NCBI RefSeq assembly: GCF_006345805.1
Contig: NC_042998.1
Location: forward strand, 27,094,001-27,158,000
Direction: 5' to 3'
Length of the DNA stretch: 64,000 nt
From: Octopus sinensis
Lineage: Eukaryota
The position numbers and the translations under genes are program-made. The notes under the pieces are model-generated. The model was not told where the DNA came from and made no database searches. It worked only from the letters and a program-made list of their open reading frames with translations. Below are positions 1-12,884 of the stretch, one piece after another (the stretch's first letter is position 1; every line of letters begins with the position of its first letter).

Positions 1-26
1 GTGTGTGTGTGTGTGTGTGTGTGTGT
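1..26. repeat. (GT)n microsatellite, truncated by window edge
   Basis: 13 perfect GT units. Confidence 0.95.
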
Positions 27-51
27 ATACAGGAGATAGTATGACTGTGTT

Positions 52-358
52 ATAGGCACAGGTATGGCTGTGTGACAAAGAAACTCTCTTTGGGTTCAGG
101 CCCACTGCTAAACACCTTGGCCAGGTGTCGTCTACAACAACTCCGGGTAGATGCTTGTTATATACATGTATGTGTGTGTGTTTGACCCTAAACTCCACTG
201 CTTGACAACTAGTGTTGGTTTGTTTACATCCCCATGGCTTAGCAATTTAGCAAAAGAGACTGATACAATAACCACCGGACTTAAATATTAAATACTGGGG
301 TTGATTTGGCTAAAACCTTTCAAGGTAGAGCTCCAGAATGGCCAAAGTCTAACAACTT
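52..358 (+). mobile_element. Diverged SINE-C copy
   Basis: Head ggcacaggtatggctgtgtg, CORE-like caccttggccaggtgtc, internal TG tract, tail gctccagaatggccaaagtc; matches better copies at 1010 and 16747. Confidence 0.65.
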
Positions 359-819
359 AAAGAATATCTATAAAGAAACAGCTCATACAAAAAGAATGTG
401 CGAGCAAGGTTGTGTGGTTAAGAAATTTGACAATCGTGTGTCTCCAGATTGTATGACACCTACTATAGCCTTTCACAGATGGAGACTGTGCAGAAACTTG
501 CATATGTGTTTGTATAAAAATAGCACGTGAGGTTATTTGAAGCATCGTGTTAATAATGTCGAATAGAGATTTGAAAACATGATGTAGTTTTAATAACACT
601 GAGTTTTATTATTTTTATTTCTTTCAGACAATATTTGGATTACAGAATGTCCTTTCAAAAATTACACTGACAGTAGAGGTGTCAGTCCATATTTGTGTCT
701 ATTTGTTTGACACAACACTGCAGGTTAAAAACCAGTACTGTATCAAAAACAGAGCAATGTGGCCAGTCAATCATATATAGTATCCTTCTCTAGATATTAT
801 GTGAAGGTTGTAAACGGGC

Positions 820-1008
820 ATGATTGCCATACAAGTGAGGCTGTTCTATTTCCAGTCTTTTAAGAAAAACATATACAGCTATGGGAAAACGTTACTTTAC
901 TTGGAAATAAGTGAGGGTTGGTAATAGGAAAGACATTTGGATATAGAAAATCTACCTCAACAAACTGTCTAACCCATGCAAGCATGGAAAAATAGACACT
1001 AGATGATA
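820..1008 (+). mobile_element. Old retroposon 3' end with D-like tail
   Basis: gagggttggtaataggaaagacatttggatatagaaaa...aacccatgcaagcatggaaaaatagacactagatgat parallels the D-family end (ggaagggcatccagctgtagaaa...gcatggaaa...gatgat). Left boundary uncertain. Confidence 0.45.
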
Positions 1009-1009
1009 T

Positions 1010-1214
1010 TCTTTTACTCTTTTACTTGTTTCAGTCATTTGACTGTGGCCATGTTGGAACACCACCTTTAGTCAAGCAAATCGACCCCAGGACTTATTCT
1101 TTGTAAGCCTAGTACTTATTCTATCGATCTCTTTTGCCAAACTGCTAAGTTAAAGGGACATAAACACACCAGATGTTGGGAGGACAAACACATACACACA
1201 AACACACACATACA

Positions 1215-1255
<41 letters not shown>

Positions 1256-1421
1256 CAATGGGCTTCTTTCAGTTTCCGTCTACCAAATCCACTCACAAGG
1301 CTTTGGTCAGCCCAAGGCTATAGTAGACGACACTTGCTCAAGGTGCCATGCAGTGGGACTGAACCCGGAACCATGTGGTTCATAAGCAAGCTACTTACCA
1401 CACAGCTACTCCTACGCCTAT
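1010..1421 (-). mobile_element. SINE-C, full length (tRNA-derived, CORE-like)
   Basis: Minus strand reads ggagtagctgtgtggtaag (A box), ggttcagtccc (B box), caccttgagcaagtgtc, internal (TA)/(CA) tract, tail ccaacatggccacagtcaaatgactgaaacaagtaaaagagtaaaag. May correspond to the published octopus CORE-SINE OR2 (from memory, not aligned). Confidence 0.9.
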
Positions 1422-3124
1422 GATGAAAATAAATACAAGACTAATAGAAAAACTTTGAATATGGTGCTCCAACATGGCCACAGTCCAACAACAGAAACCA
1501 TTGTAAGAATAAATAGTAAAATATGAGTGATTGTTTATATATATACCTAAGACACACATGTTGCTGAGTCTGGTGATACAACAGATGCATGCAATACTGT
1601 GATAATCATAATAGTAAATGATTGATCTGTTGAAACAAATAATTGATAATGAAATTTGGGCGAAACAAAATATTCTGTCCATGCCTTTCCAAGCTTCCAT
1701 AACATTTATAGTCACACAAGGTTACAATGAATATTTATTAGGAATATTTTTAGATATTACAAAGCATTCAGAACATTTAATCACGAGATATTACTAAGAA
1801 AAAAAATTACAGCATTCAATATGAACACTGAAGCAATAAGTGTTTATTTGCCCATGATAATTTTAGTATTACTTTCCATTATCTGTTACTTTTAAAGTAT
1901 CCTAGTAATTTGCTTCCTTTTTCATTTTATCATATATACATGAATCAACTATTTGAGATAAGTAATGTTTAGATTAATGTCATTTTATAGCAACAATAGA
2001 AGTTAGACAGCATAGTACAGTTAATAACTAAATCAATACAAAGTGGGGAAAAAAAAAAAGAAAGAGAGAGAGAGAGAGAAATGAAAAGGTTCAAATAGAA
2101 TTAACAACAGCTTGAAAGAATTTTCTATAACTTCTATCATTCAGTGTAATTATGTTTTCCATAATCATACAATAACTAGAAATGGGGGTATGCATGTGTG
2201 TACATAAGTGTACCTTACAATGAACCAACTCCACAACTGAGTTTCAGCGCTCAGTTGTAGCTGTGTCTGTTCAATTATACTGTATTAGCACAATACAAAT
2301 TTCTATTTTGCCTTCCCTAAGCATTCCACTTCATGACTACTGAAGAAGGCAATGGAAAAACCACTTAAATGTACATCACCAGAAATTGTATAATAGTCAA
2401 TGTTTCTCGATAAATTCGTATGTGCGTGAGTGTATGTATAAAGATTACAAATAAGAAATAATCCATTAAATCTAATAAACCAGAAATAGAAGATAAGGTT
2501 TATTGATTCTAAATATTAATTGCTCTTGGTCATAAACTAGACAAAAGAAATGAGTAATTAGTTTCAGGTGGTAATTGTAGGAGGAAACAAATGAAGATGT
2601 CAGTCAAATAACATGGACTCTAGGCTGATCAATAGGTGTTGTTTACACTGTAGCTATGAACATTAGAAATATATCCAAGGCTGTGATATATAGAAATACA
2701 GCCTTGAAACAATATCAGTGATGTACAAACTAGAATTTCAGATTATTCTGCAATGTGTACAGCAGTTTTCTTTTTGTTTTTCTAATTTTTTTTTTGTTTC
2801 TATTTTAAAGAAGATGACATGGAATATGTTTAAATGATTAATTGGGATTGAAACAGTGCCTTTATTTACAAAGAAATTTTGTTGTTTGTTTTACTCTAAT
2901 TTTAGCAATAAAGATTGTATTCATAACTACATTATGCTGACAGTTTTAAAGAATAATTTTCTTTAATTTAACTCCCATCTGAGAGTAGATTTAGAACAAG
3001 GAGAAATATTCAAGTTAATTTTTTTTTTTAATGCTAGGTCAACTAACATGTTTGTTCTATCACACCAGTCATTTAATTTATTAAATTTAACAATTAGATT
3101 AGTACCATATATAGCATATTATAT

Positions 3125-3411
3125 AATGAACTTATTGTATACAGTGCTTGGGTGCACTACAACTCATCAGAAAAAGTAGCCAAGAATGCATTAACAGTAC
3201 ATAGAATAATGCACAGGAAGTGAACAGTGAATGAATCATTTAAAGTGGTGGGGGGTTAGGGTCATCAGGTGTACTGGTGGTGAATCTCAGGAAGCATGGA
3301 AGTTTTGTAGGATGTAGAATTCCAACAACTAACAACCGATGCGGGTAGTTCGTTCCATGCTTCAGCAATTTCGAGTGTGAAAAAATGTTTCTGAAAGTCA
3401 AGGGTGCTGTG
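3125..3411 (-). mobile_element. CR1/L2-group LINE 3' fragment (ORF2 C-terminus plus 3'UTR)
   Basis: Translation HSTLDFQKHFFTLEIAEAWNELPASVVSC...YKTSM matches the CR1-type terminal motif FF-x-x-R-V-x-x-x-WN-x-LP-x-x-VV...FK. Confidence 0.8.
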
Positions 3412-4884
3412 ATGTTTTTTTTTTTTTTTGTTTTTTGGGGGTTTTTTCCTTTTTGATTTTGTAAGCATGCCCACAAGTGTTGGAGAAATGGGATTCAACA
3501 CAACTGCTAAAGTTGGCAAACAATGTATTTTACTGCATTATGAATATTGCAGATTTTAAACTATTTCAAAACTGCTTGCAAAGAAGTATATTCATAATTA
3601 TGGATTAAGAAATCTACTTTATTTTTCCCCCTGTTACTTTCAGATAATTATTAACTAACTTTAGCTTCACAATAAAAATTTCAAAGTGGAGTACAAATGC
3701 AGTTAATCTTAAGTGTTTATCAAACAAGAAGATCGTAATCAAATAGAAAAATTATGCAAGTCCCTTAAATAATTAGCCTAAATTGTTGTATTTTTCCATC
3801 AATATTTACAATCAAATTAGTTTTAAAATTAGATATACTTTCTTTTCATAGCATATAGATGTTTAACTCTCTCAATAATTTAGCCTCTCTCTATACTCAA
3901 TATATCTATATACTATGTAGAGTGTGTGTGTGTGAGTACATACATATGTGTTTGAGAGAGAAAGAGTGTGCATATGTTTGAGAGAGAGAGAGAGAATATG
4001 TGTGTAAAGGAGAATGAGGACTGCAATCTCTTCAAAAATTAATAAACTTTAATATTTTAGAGTATAGATTAATATATACAATTCTCCTAATCTTTTATTT
4101 AAAAATAATATCTTTTTATGTTTTACATACAGTAATAAGAATGTAATATAAAAGTATTTCTACTAAAAGTGTATTTCTTTTTATTCATGTCAAATATAAC
4201 ATGTTTTTCAACTAAAACTATTCCTGTCCTACATAATTACATTTATAAGCTTATGTGTACATATTATATATTATTTCATGCCCAGTTTAAAATTTTAAAA
4301 ATATACTATTTTTCATTGTATTAGAATTTGTAGTATATAATTGTTATGGTGTGGGAACTAATATTTGTCAGAGTGTACAAATGGAAAAGATTTCCTAGTG
4401 AAAATTCTCTGCCACATAGGACAGGAATCAGCACTTGGTCCCCTGGGTAACACCTCAGGAGATTTTCCAGTTGGATAATACATAATCTCATATACTCGCT
4501 GCACCTAGTTCTTTACTAGTCCCTCAATGACCACAATAGTTCAAGCTCACCAACAGACATTGGGATTTACAGCTGGGCTCCTCACAAGGTTTGAATTAGT
4601 AATTGGTCAGACAACTCATGTGTTGTGATTTCCACCCTATCCTACCCATAACCAAATCAAAACAATATGACAAACATGCTAAATAGTGCTAAATCTTGCT
4701 TCTTTTTATGAACATTCCTTGACTCCAGTCCAATCTGGACTCCCACACCTCATCAACTTCTATTATCACACAAACTACAACTGCTTCTTCCTCTCTGTGA
4801 CATAAAGAGTTAGGTGAGAAATAACTAAGAGTTACTTCAAGCAAGCTGGTAATGGTATCAGCAATCCAAAGACATCTTGTTAGC

Positions 4885-5490
4885 CAGTAGTTCTCAACTG
4901 GGATCCATATGGCCCCTGAGGGTCCATTTTAGATTTTTGGGTGTCGAAGCAACAATATAGTAAATTGGAGATCCACAATAATGTTTTAAGGACTCCTGAA
5001 AAAATTTTGCTTTAAATGTATTGGAATATATATTGCAAGAAACAGCAAGGTTTCTTTCTCTGTCATTGACCTACACAAGTTAATGTGTGAAAAGCAAAAT
5101 AGGAATTTTGAAAGAAGTTTCTATGAAAATAGTTTTTAAATATTGCCAGCATCGCCTTACTGGCATCAGTGCCGGTGGCATGTGTAAGAGGATTCGAGTG
5201 AGGTCATTGCCAGTACCGCCTGACTGGCCCCCATGTCGGTGGCACGTAAAAAGCACCTACTACACTCTCGGAGTGGTTGGCGTTAGGAAGGGCATCCAGC
5301 TGTAGAAACTTTGCCAGATCAAGATTGGAGCCTGGTGCAGCCATCAGGTTTGCCAGTCCTCAGTCAAAATCATCCAACCTATGCAGGCATGGAAAGCAGA
5401 CGTTAAACGATGATGATGATGATGAATGGTCCACCAGAATGAAATAGCAATCAAAAGGGTCCATAGATAAAAAATGGTTGAGAACCCATA
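4885..5490 (+). mobile_element. hAT-type MITE interrupted by a D element
   Basis: Ends cagtagttctcaac / ggttgagaaccca; imperfect 8-bp flanks ttgttagc / ttgtaaac; same family in reverse orientation at 21081-21296. Confidence 0.7.
5142..5425 (+). mobile_element. D-family 5'-truncated retroposon with (GAT)n tail
   Basis: gtcggtggcacgtaaaaagcacc...ggaagggcatccagctgtagaaa...gcatggaaagcagacgttaaac(gat)n; nested in the MITE. Confidence 0.9.
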
Positions 5491-6411
5491 TTGTAAACTA
5501 TGATATGCTGAAAGAAACAAGGGGCCTGGAATTTACATTGATCTTAAGAAGAAATACTTATTCATAAAATATCGGTAATGAACATAGTGACTGTGAAATT
5601 GGAAGAAGTTTGTGAAAATGGGTTAAAACAACAGTTTGACTAAATTAACTAGATTCTCATAAGTTAACAGTCTATCATTCACATGATTTTCATGATAAAT
5701 AGCACCTCTTCCTGTAAGAATCTCAAGCTTTATCTAGAAGAGAAACTATATATTCCGTTATTTACAAACTAAATTATAGTCAATATATTAAGTTTTTCTT
5801 TATGCAAACCAGCACATGGCAGCATAAAAAGTAGTGAAGAAATGTCTACAGGAGACTATACTAAATTTGTATTGTAATTTATCTATCAAATTACAATTTA
5901 TTTGCTGAGTAATTATTAAAATAATGTTTTTCTCTTTGTACGTATATTTGATATCTTTGACAGAAATGCTGTAATGCAGTTGTGCTAAAAAAAAAAATGC
6001 AATAAATGAAAGTAAAAACAAAAAAGCTAAGAATAATGCAAATAATAATAATAATAATAACATAGCTATGTGTATGACAGATATATCACTATCATTGTTT
6101 CAACATCAATTGCATTCTGCTGACATGTGTTGAGAGATCTTGCACATACAGCAGATTTCCAGGTATTTGATCCTATGCTATTTCATCTGCATGTCCCAAG
6201 CTTCTCAATTTCATTCTTAAACCATCACTCTAAATTTTCTTCAACCTAATTCTAAGTCAATACCTACCATCTCTGACTGATAAGATGCTTTTCATTTAAA
6301 ATACATTAACTATCATCATTATGAGCCTCTATCTGCATCAATGTTTCTCAAGCTTTTATAGCTCAGCACCTCCTTTCACAGAAATGGCTCTTTACAAACG
6401 CCACCGTCAAA

Positions 6412-6808
6412 TCTATATATATATATAAAGCTGAAGTTGTCTGTGTATGGCAGGTTTGGTAGCCTTCAACTAACACTACCTCCTCCGAGACCCTGCGGTG
6501 CAAGTTGACCAAAATTGAGAGTATGATAGAAGAAGGCTTGCTCTTCATTCCGTAGAAGAAAAAATTCAAATCGGACCATGTTAACACCAAAAATTATTTA
6601 CATCAAAAAGGTGCTTTTTTTCTATAAAAATCCCTATTTTTTTACGATTTTTTGACTGCTGTGTCACCATTTTTCGGTGTATTTCAACCAGAAAAATGTT
6701 CACTTAAAGAGAATAACAAGCTACATAATGCAAAATTTTTCTTTTCAAAAACTCCAATTCTAAAGGGTCGAAAAGAAAACAAGCCCAAGCAACGCCGGGC
6801 GATGCTAG
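6412..6808 (+). mobile_element. Non-autonomous Helitron
   Basis: Starts TC after A (a|tctatatat...aaagctgaag), ends CTAG before T, GC-rich subterminal hairpin gcccaagcaacgccgggc just upstream, no TSD: the canonical Helitron signature. Confidence 0.8.
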
Positions 6809-7483
6809 TGTATTGATAAAAACAGCAGATTATTTACAGCAGTTCAGTATCAGTGGTTTCAGCAGGTATAATGTAGAAGACAGGGAAGAAGAAGGGAAGG
6901 GCAAAATAATATCAGGGATTAGTGCTTATGACATATCTAAAGTCTAACAGATTTTGTTTTCCTTTCTATACAACAGTTGCTTTTCATTGATTAATCAATG
7001 TTCATTCCATGTTTGATTATTTCCTGAATCTCATCCAAAGCCCTTTACCTTCTGTAGTTATTCCACAGACTGACAGCCTTCATTTTTTTCTTAAAACCCA
7101 CTCTTGTTTCAAGATATCTTTACACCTTTGGATTGATTCTGTTGTCAACAGCATACAGTTCCAACTAGTTCCAAAATATTTTGTGATGGCTTCAAACTGC
7201 ATTCCAAAAGATAAACAGGAATTTTGGCACATATTCTTTGCTAAAGTATTTCTTTTGCTACATGCTAATGGCTTCATATATTTATCAAAGCTAAACTACA
7301 TGGCACCTTGGGTAAGTGTCTTCTACAATTACCTTGAATTGGAGGACGTCTTGTAGATGAAATTTAGTAGGCAGAACCTATACAAGAGTCCATGTGTCTG
7401 TTGGTCAAAGATGTAGACATCGCCAAGGAGGTTGAAACACTAAAGCAGTTAAAAATACTGTGTGATATTTCTTCTTCACTAAA

Positions 7484-7745
7484 TTGCATAACCATATCAC
7501 TCACGGAGTGGTTGGCATTAGGAAGGGCTGCCAGATCAGACTGGGCCTGATGCAGCCTCCTGGCTTCCCACACCCCAGTCGAACCATCCAACCCATGCTA
7601 GCATGGAAAGCGGACGTTAAACGATGATGATGATGATATCACGTTGAAAGCACCAGCTCTCATCCAATCACTGAAGTTAAGCAACGTCAAGCCTAGTTAG
7701 TACTTAGATGGGTGACCACTTGGGAAACTGAGGTGCTGTAAGCAT
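7484..7745 (+). pseudogene. 5S rRNA: 5S rRNA-derived sequence split by a D insertion
   Basis: accatatcac|gttgaaagcaccagctctcatccaatcactgaagttaagcaacgtcaagcctagttagtacttagatgggtgaccacttgggaaactgaggtgctgtaagc follows metazoan 5S throughout. Box A about 7675-7687, box C about 7705-7719; many differences are CpG decay. Confidence 0.85.
7501..7635 (+). mobile_element. D-family short 3' end inserted in the 5S head
   Basis: 7-bp TSD atatcac at 7494-7500 and 7636-7642; (GAT)n tail. Confidence 0.9.
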
Positions 7746-8582
7746 CACACAAATGGCGGTGCATCAGCATGGCCACAGCTCTGAGCTGAAACTACAGCAA
7801 AAAAAAAAAAAAAAAAAAAAACCAATCACAAGCAAGAATTGCCATAAGATATGCAGAAACCAGTGACTGGCCCTCTACAACCAATGATATTGTTCAATAA
7901 TTACAATATGTATAAATAAATAGTGTGAAACCTAACTAATCTCTATATAATTAATGCCTGAGCAACTATTCTGGTTGTGCTATAGTTCTTTCTCCCTGCC
8001 TTCTTCATCTTCTTCACATGTAGCTGGCTTCTCTTTCTTGTCTCTATTAAAAGCTATCTCTTTATTCTATACTTCCTCCTTGTTCAGTACACACTCATCT
8101 ACCTACCACTGAGAGCAATACTATTTCATTAGAACAGATTTTGCAGTACCCAGTAATATAATAGGATCGATATTCAAAAATTTAGTAGATTCAGCCAGAC
8201 TCCTCCAGCTAAATGAAATCATGTTCTGTTGTTTTTCTTTTTCGGTTTTTGTTTTTTTTTATTTATTTATCAGTTTATCTGAGTTTTCTGCTAGAAGCTT
8301 CATCATTACCTGAATACATTCATGACTATGTAAATAATTTTTAAATCTTCAGAATATTTTCCTTTAAGTTATACAGCTAACATGACAGCTAATTTTTACC
8401 ATGTTTTACAGAATTTTATGACAATATTCTCCTAAATCAATAATAATAACAATGTTTACACACCTGATACTTTATTAAAATTTCAAATTTTCTAACTAAT
8501 TACAACTGGTATATTTTTATATTTTTGCAAGGACCAGATTAGGCTTTTGTTCTTGTAGTAATATAAGTTTATAGTAATATAA

Positions 8583-8813
8583 GGCGGCGAGCTGGCAGAA
8601 ACATTAGCACGCCGGGCAAAATGCTTGGCAGTATTTCGTCTGCCGCTACGTTCTGAGTTCAAATTCCGCCGAGGTCGACTTTGCCTTTCATCCTTACAGG
8701 GTCGATAAATGAAGTACCAGTTACGCACTGGGGTCGATGTAATCAACTTAAATCTTTTGTCTGTCCTTGTTTCTCCCCTCTATGTTTAGCCCCTTGTGGG
8801 CAATGAAGAAATA
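8583..8813 (+). mobile_element. SINE-A, full length
   Basis: GGCGG...CCGCC tRNA-like head with A/B boxes, central domain, A tail; aatataagttta repeated on both flanks. Confidence 0.93.
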
Positions 8814-11274
8814 AATATAAGTTTACACATATTTTCAGCAACTCATTTAAAAAATTATTTTTTTAAAGTCAAGCTTTGAAAAGTAATAATAATATCTTCA
8901 ACATTTGAATCTGAGTTATTGTTTCTCCAAGAGTTATATAATTACGCAAAAAAATTTTACTTCATATCAATATCAAAAATATGAGTATTTGTTTTATAAA
9001 CTGCACAGGGCTGTATAAAATGCTTTTAACAGTTGTATCAAATATATTTATGAATTACCTACAATACCCATAAAATCAGTTGTGGTTGCATCAGGAAATA
9101 CCGTTAGTTGCCTGTATCGTTTTCCATCATGATTGCATTCAAGCCGTCTTTCAATTTTATATAGCACAATGGTCCATCAATTCCCGACTCCTTTCCAGTC
9201 ACACTGAATATTCCATCTTCCTTACCAAGGAACAATATTCACATTGATATTCCAAACACACTCATCATATATCTCAGTTTATGTATAGAGAGAAAAATCA
9301 CTATGATTAAGATATCAGTTTCCAATAAAATTGCTGATTCACTGTCAAGTAAAACTGAAATGTCATAATATTCCTCCCTCATAAAGTCAGTCACTGCATT
9401 ACCTGCACAAAATTAAAAGTACCTTTCTACTACTTTTCTCTGCAATAATCAAGATTCTTTCTATGTATAGTAAGATATTTGATGGCTTTTCCTCTTTAAT
9501 ATTTATAGACAGAAAAAAAAAAAGCTATTTTGAAATTTTACAATTGATAATATTCTCTTAGGTTTCAAACTGCTACAATTCCAAGATTGATAATGTAATA
9601 ATAATGTTGTTGATAGCTTATACAAACCCTCATGGATTCTGCTACTATATCTTAACTGAACAGTCTTCTCGTTAGAGAATATCAGTATACATATTAAATA
9701 AATAATAAGCTACATAATACAAAACCTTATTTTAACTTTAACACATTGATAAATGAAAAGTATAAATTATTTTTAAATCCAGTGTTTTTAATCATAGGTG
9801 AGATAGGTCTGTACTGAGCTTTTTCTTACAAGTTATTCATATGAGAGCTGTATGTAGAAGAGTGTATATAAGAGTATATTTCATATTCATTTTTAAAGCA
9901 ACAAAACAGCACCCTGGTGACAGCATGATGGATATTATTCCTATGATCTCATGTTTCCTTTAAGAGTCATCTTAGAATTAATCCTTATAAAACCAATATG
10001 ATTAGAATGAGTAACATAGAATATTGATTTCTAGCATGCACACAAATCTACAGATTTTTATAAGAAGGAAATATGCTATTCATGTATTTCTGAAGGACCT
10101 TGAAGTGCAGAAAGTTCAAAGTGACTTTTTATGCTTAATTTTTGATAAGAAATTTAAATATTTCAAATAGTTCATTGCTAAAAATAAACAGAAAAATTAA
10201 ACAGCTTTCGGCCATCATAATGTAGTTCTTTGTAACTGAAAGAAAAATTAATCCGTACCTTAAAATACTAATTACATTGCATAACATCATTTGTTAATAA
10301 TTTATTAAAAAAAATTTAAAAAAACGAAAAGAAGAATTGTACATTTTTGTTCTGGAGATGGACAAATGACTAATACAAGTCTAAAAACAAAAGCAAATTC
10401 TTTAGGTCTCAATGTTTTTAATATTATTTATTTATTTATATTAAATTCAAGCATCAAATTTGTCTGAGTGTGATGAAAGAGAAAGGGAGTAAGAACATGT
10501 TCGCTTGTGTGTGTGAGAGAGAGAGAGAGAAAGTAGGAGGAAAGAAGAGTTTATATATCATTAGCATGTGGAAGAAAGAGTTTCAGCTGAACAAGCAGTG
10601 ATAAATATATTATTGCACCTTGTTAATATATAACTAAAAACATTCTACCCAGACAAGCCGTACCGAATATATATTAGATTTTTTTTTTGGAGTAACACCT
10701 AAATGAGAAAATAGATTTATATCATTTTATTTTTTTTAATTTGAAAAAAACAAAAAAACAGTATTATAGCAATTAAGATTACAAATAAACTGCATGTACT
10801 TACTCTCTCTCTCTCTCTCTTTCTTTCTTTCTCTCATGCACACATACATACAAACTTGTGTTCTACTTGAGAACTCACAGTAACATAAGGAATTTTAATT
10901 TAGAAAGTTCTAGAAATCATATAGGGGAATGAATATAGCTTCCAATTAACTGAACAACGACTGCTGTTACTGCTAATGTTTGTTGTGGCAGTAGAAGGAG
11001 AGTAGTGAAAACTTGAGCCATACCAAAAGTAAATGCAAATAGGAAAGCAGATCTTGCAGTTTACTTATTTCACAAGTAAAATCTTATTAAGATCTGACAT
11101 TCTAAGTGAATTTGTTCAAAGTATACAATTTGAAGTATATGATAAAATAGTTCACCACAGGGGTGAAAAAATAAAAAAAAAATACAGATATGTTTTTAAT
11201 GCGTTGGATTGCAAATTATATAATTTTAATGAAGATAAAAAATTTTTTTTAAATAAAAGAAAACACATGGACAT

Positions 11275-11496
11275 CTGTGTGTGTGTGAGTGCATGTGTGT
11301 GTGTGTGTGTGTGTGATGTGATATGTGTTTGTGTGTGCATATGATGTCTATGTATGTGTATTTGTGTGTGTGATGTGTATTTGTGTGTGATGACTGTGTG
11401 TGTGTGTGTGATGTGCATTTGTGTGTGTGATGTGTATTTGTGTGTGTGATGTGTATTTGTGTGTGATGCGATGTGTTTTTGTTTGTGTGATGACTA

Positions 11497-11538
<42 letters not shown>

Positions 11539-11670
11539 ACATGAGGTGTATTTGCAGTGTGTGTATGTAATGTGATGTAGGTGATTGTGTATGTATGTGG
11601 TGTGAATTGTAACTGATGTGAGTGTGTGTGTGTGTGTGTCTGTGTGTGCACACACACACACACACGTGCA
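11275..11670. repeat. Compound (GT)n satellite with ~18-20 bp higher-order unit
   Basis: Repeated gtgtgtgtgatgtgtattt; source of the spurious HT/CV ORFs. Confidence 0.9.
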
Positions 11671-11674
11671 TATA

Positions 11675-11940
11675 TATGTGGTTGAGTGGTTAAGAAGTTG
11701 GGCTTGCAGTCATAAGGTTCAAGGGTCAATCCTACAGAGTAGCATCTTGAACAAGAGACTTTTACCACAACCTCAGGCTAACCAAAGCCTTGTGAGTGAA
11801 ACAGCATAAATGAAAACTGGATTGAACCAGTAATTCAAAAGGTCAACTTTATCACACACAACAGGTCACACTGAATGGAATAACTTTTATCAGACCAGGG
11901 GCTAATCTATACTAACAAGAATAATAACAATAACATTACA
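11675..11940 (+). mobile_element. Old SINE-F (C-like head, (AAC)n-like tail)
   Basis: gttgagtggttaag A box, catcttgaacaagag CORE-like segment, accaaagccttgtgagtg, tail ending aataataacaataac. Confidence 0.55.
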
Positions 11941-12481
11941 TCTTCACAAGTGGATCACCAGTAATTGCTTGACCTGCTAGAAATAGCAGCCAAATCTCTC
12001 TCAAATCAAACCTTGCATTCTTAAAAAGGCTTAGTTGAATAAGATGATGTTCCTACTTCTGTCAGCTTGCCATCTTAAAAAAATAGGTACAAACTTGGCT
12101 TTTGTGTGGCCACCTAACTTGTTATAATACTGGCCACATTGTCTCCTAATCTTATGTTTACTTGGTACATGTGCATGCTAGAAAAAGCAGCCATATTTTC
12201 CTCAAACTACATCCTGCCAGGATACATTGAACAATATTGTCTAGGATTCCTTGTAGATAGGAAAAGCATAGGTTAGTCACAACTGGGATATCTTTTGTCT
12301 GAAGCTTTCTCCATTATGAATGACCCGAAGCTAAGCTACAGCAAAAATACATAACCAAAACACATTTTCCCAAACAACTGCATTATGTCCACAGACCCTA
12401 TTTCCATCAGCTGCACTCTTTCCCTATGTATCTCTCACTCATTCACTATCTCTCTCATGCTCATTAATATTATCAAATAAT

Positions 12482-12884
12482 CCTTTTTACTATAGGTGCA
12501 AGGCCTGAAATTTAAGGGAGGGGGATAACCGATTTCATCGACCCTATTCCATAACTGGTACTTAATTTATCACCCCTGAAATGATTAAAAGACAAAATCA
12601 ACATTGGCAGTATTTGAACTCAGAACGTAGCAATGAGCAAAATACCTATTTCTTTACTACCCACAAGGGGCAAAATACAGAGAGGAGAAACAAGGACAGA
12701 CAAAAGGATTAAGTCGATTATATCGACCCCAGTGTGTAACTGGTACTTTACTTAATTTATCGATCCCGAAAGGATGAAAGGCAAAGTCGACCTCGTGGGA
12801 ATTTGAACTCAGAACGTAATGCCAGACGAAACACTGCTAAGCATTTCACCCGGCGTGCTAACGGTTCTGCCAGCTCACCACCCT
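12482..12884 (-). mobile_element. Composite SINE-A + SINE-B (dimer)
   Basis: SINE-A (12645-12884) runs through aaataggtattt into the body and tail of a SINE-B; perfect 14-bp TSD tattatcaaataat (12468-12481, 12885-12898) flanks the whole unit. Confidence 0.9.

Larger units (their letters stand above)
7484..7821 (+). mobile_element. Putative SINE3 (5S head + SINE-C-like tail + A23)
   Basis: The 5S part continues into ggcggtgcatcagcatggccacagctctgagctgaaac (7755-7792), homologous to the SINE-C tail, then 23 A. No outer TSD seen. Confidence 0.65.

Noticed and set aside
7009-7356. 115-aa plus-strand ORF
   Set aside because: No motif recognised, no convincing splice context, and it ends in a SINE-C fragment.
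7484-7745. Functional 5S rRNA gene
   Set aside because: Interrupted by an insertion, CpG-decayed, no oligo-T terminator, not in a tandem array.
8583-8670. tRNA genes in SINE heads
   Set aside because: A/B boxes and a GGCGG/CCGCC stem are present, but there is no canonical cloverleaf and each head continues into a SINE body.
11033-11809. Longest ORFs in the track (His/Thr- and Cys/Val-rich, up to 180 aa)
   Set aside because: Translations of the (GT)/(CA) satellite; the same applies to 13160-13440 and the YI-repeat ORFs.
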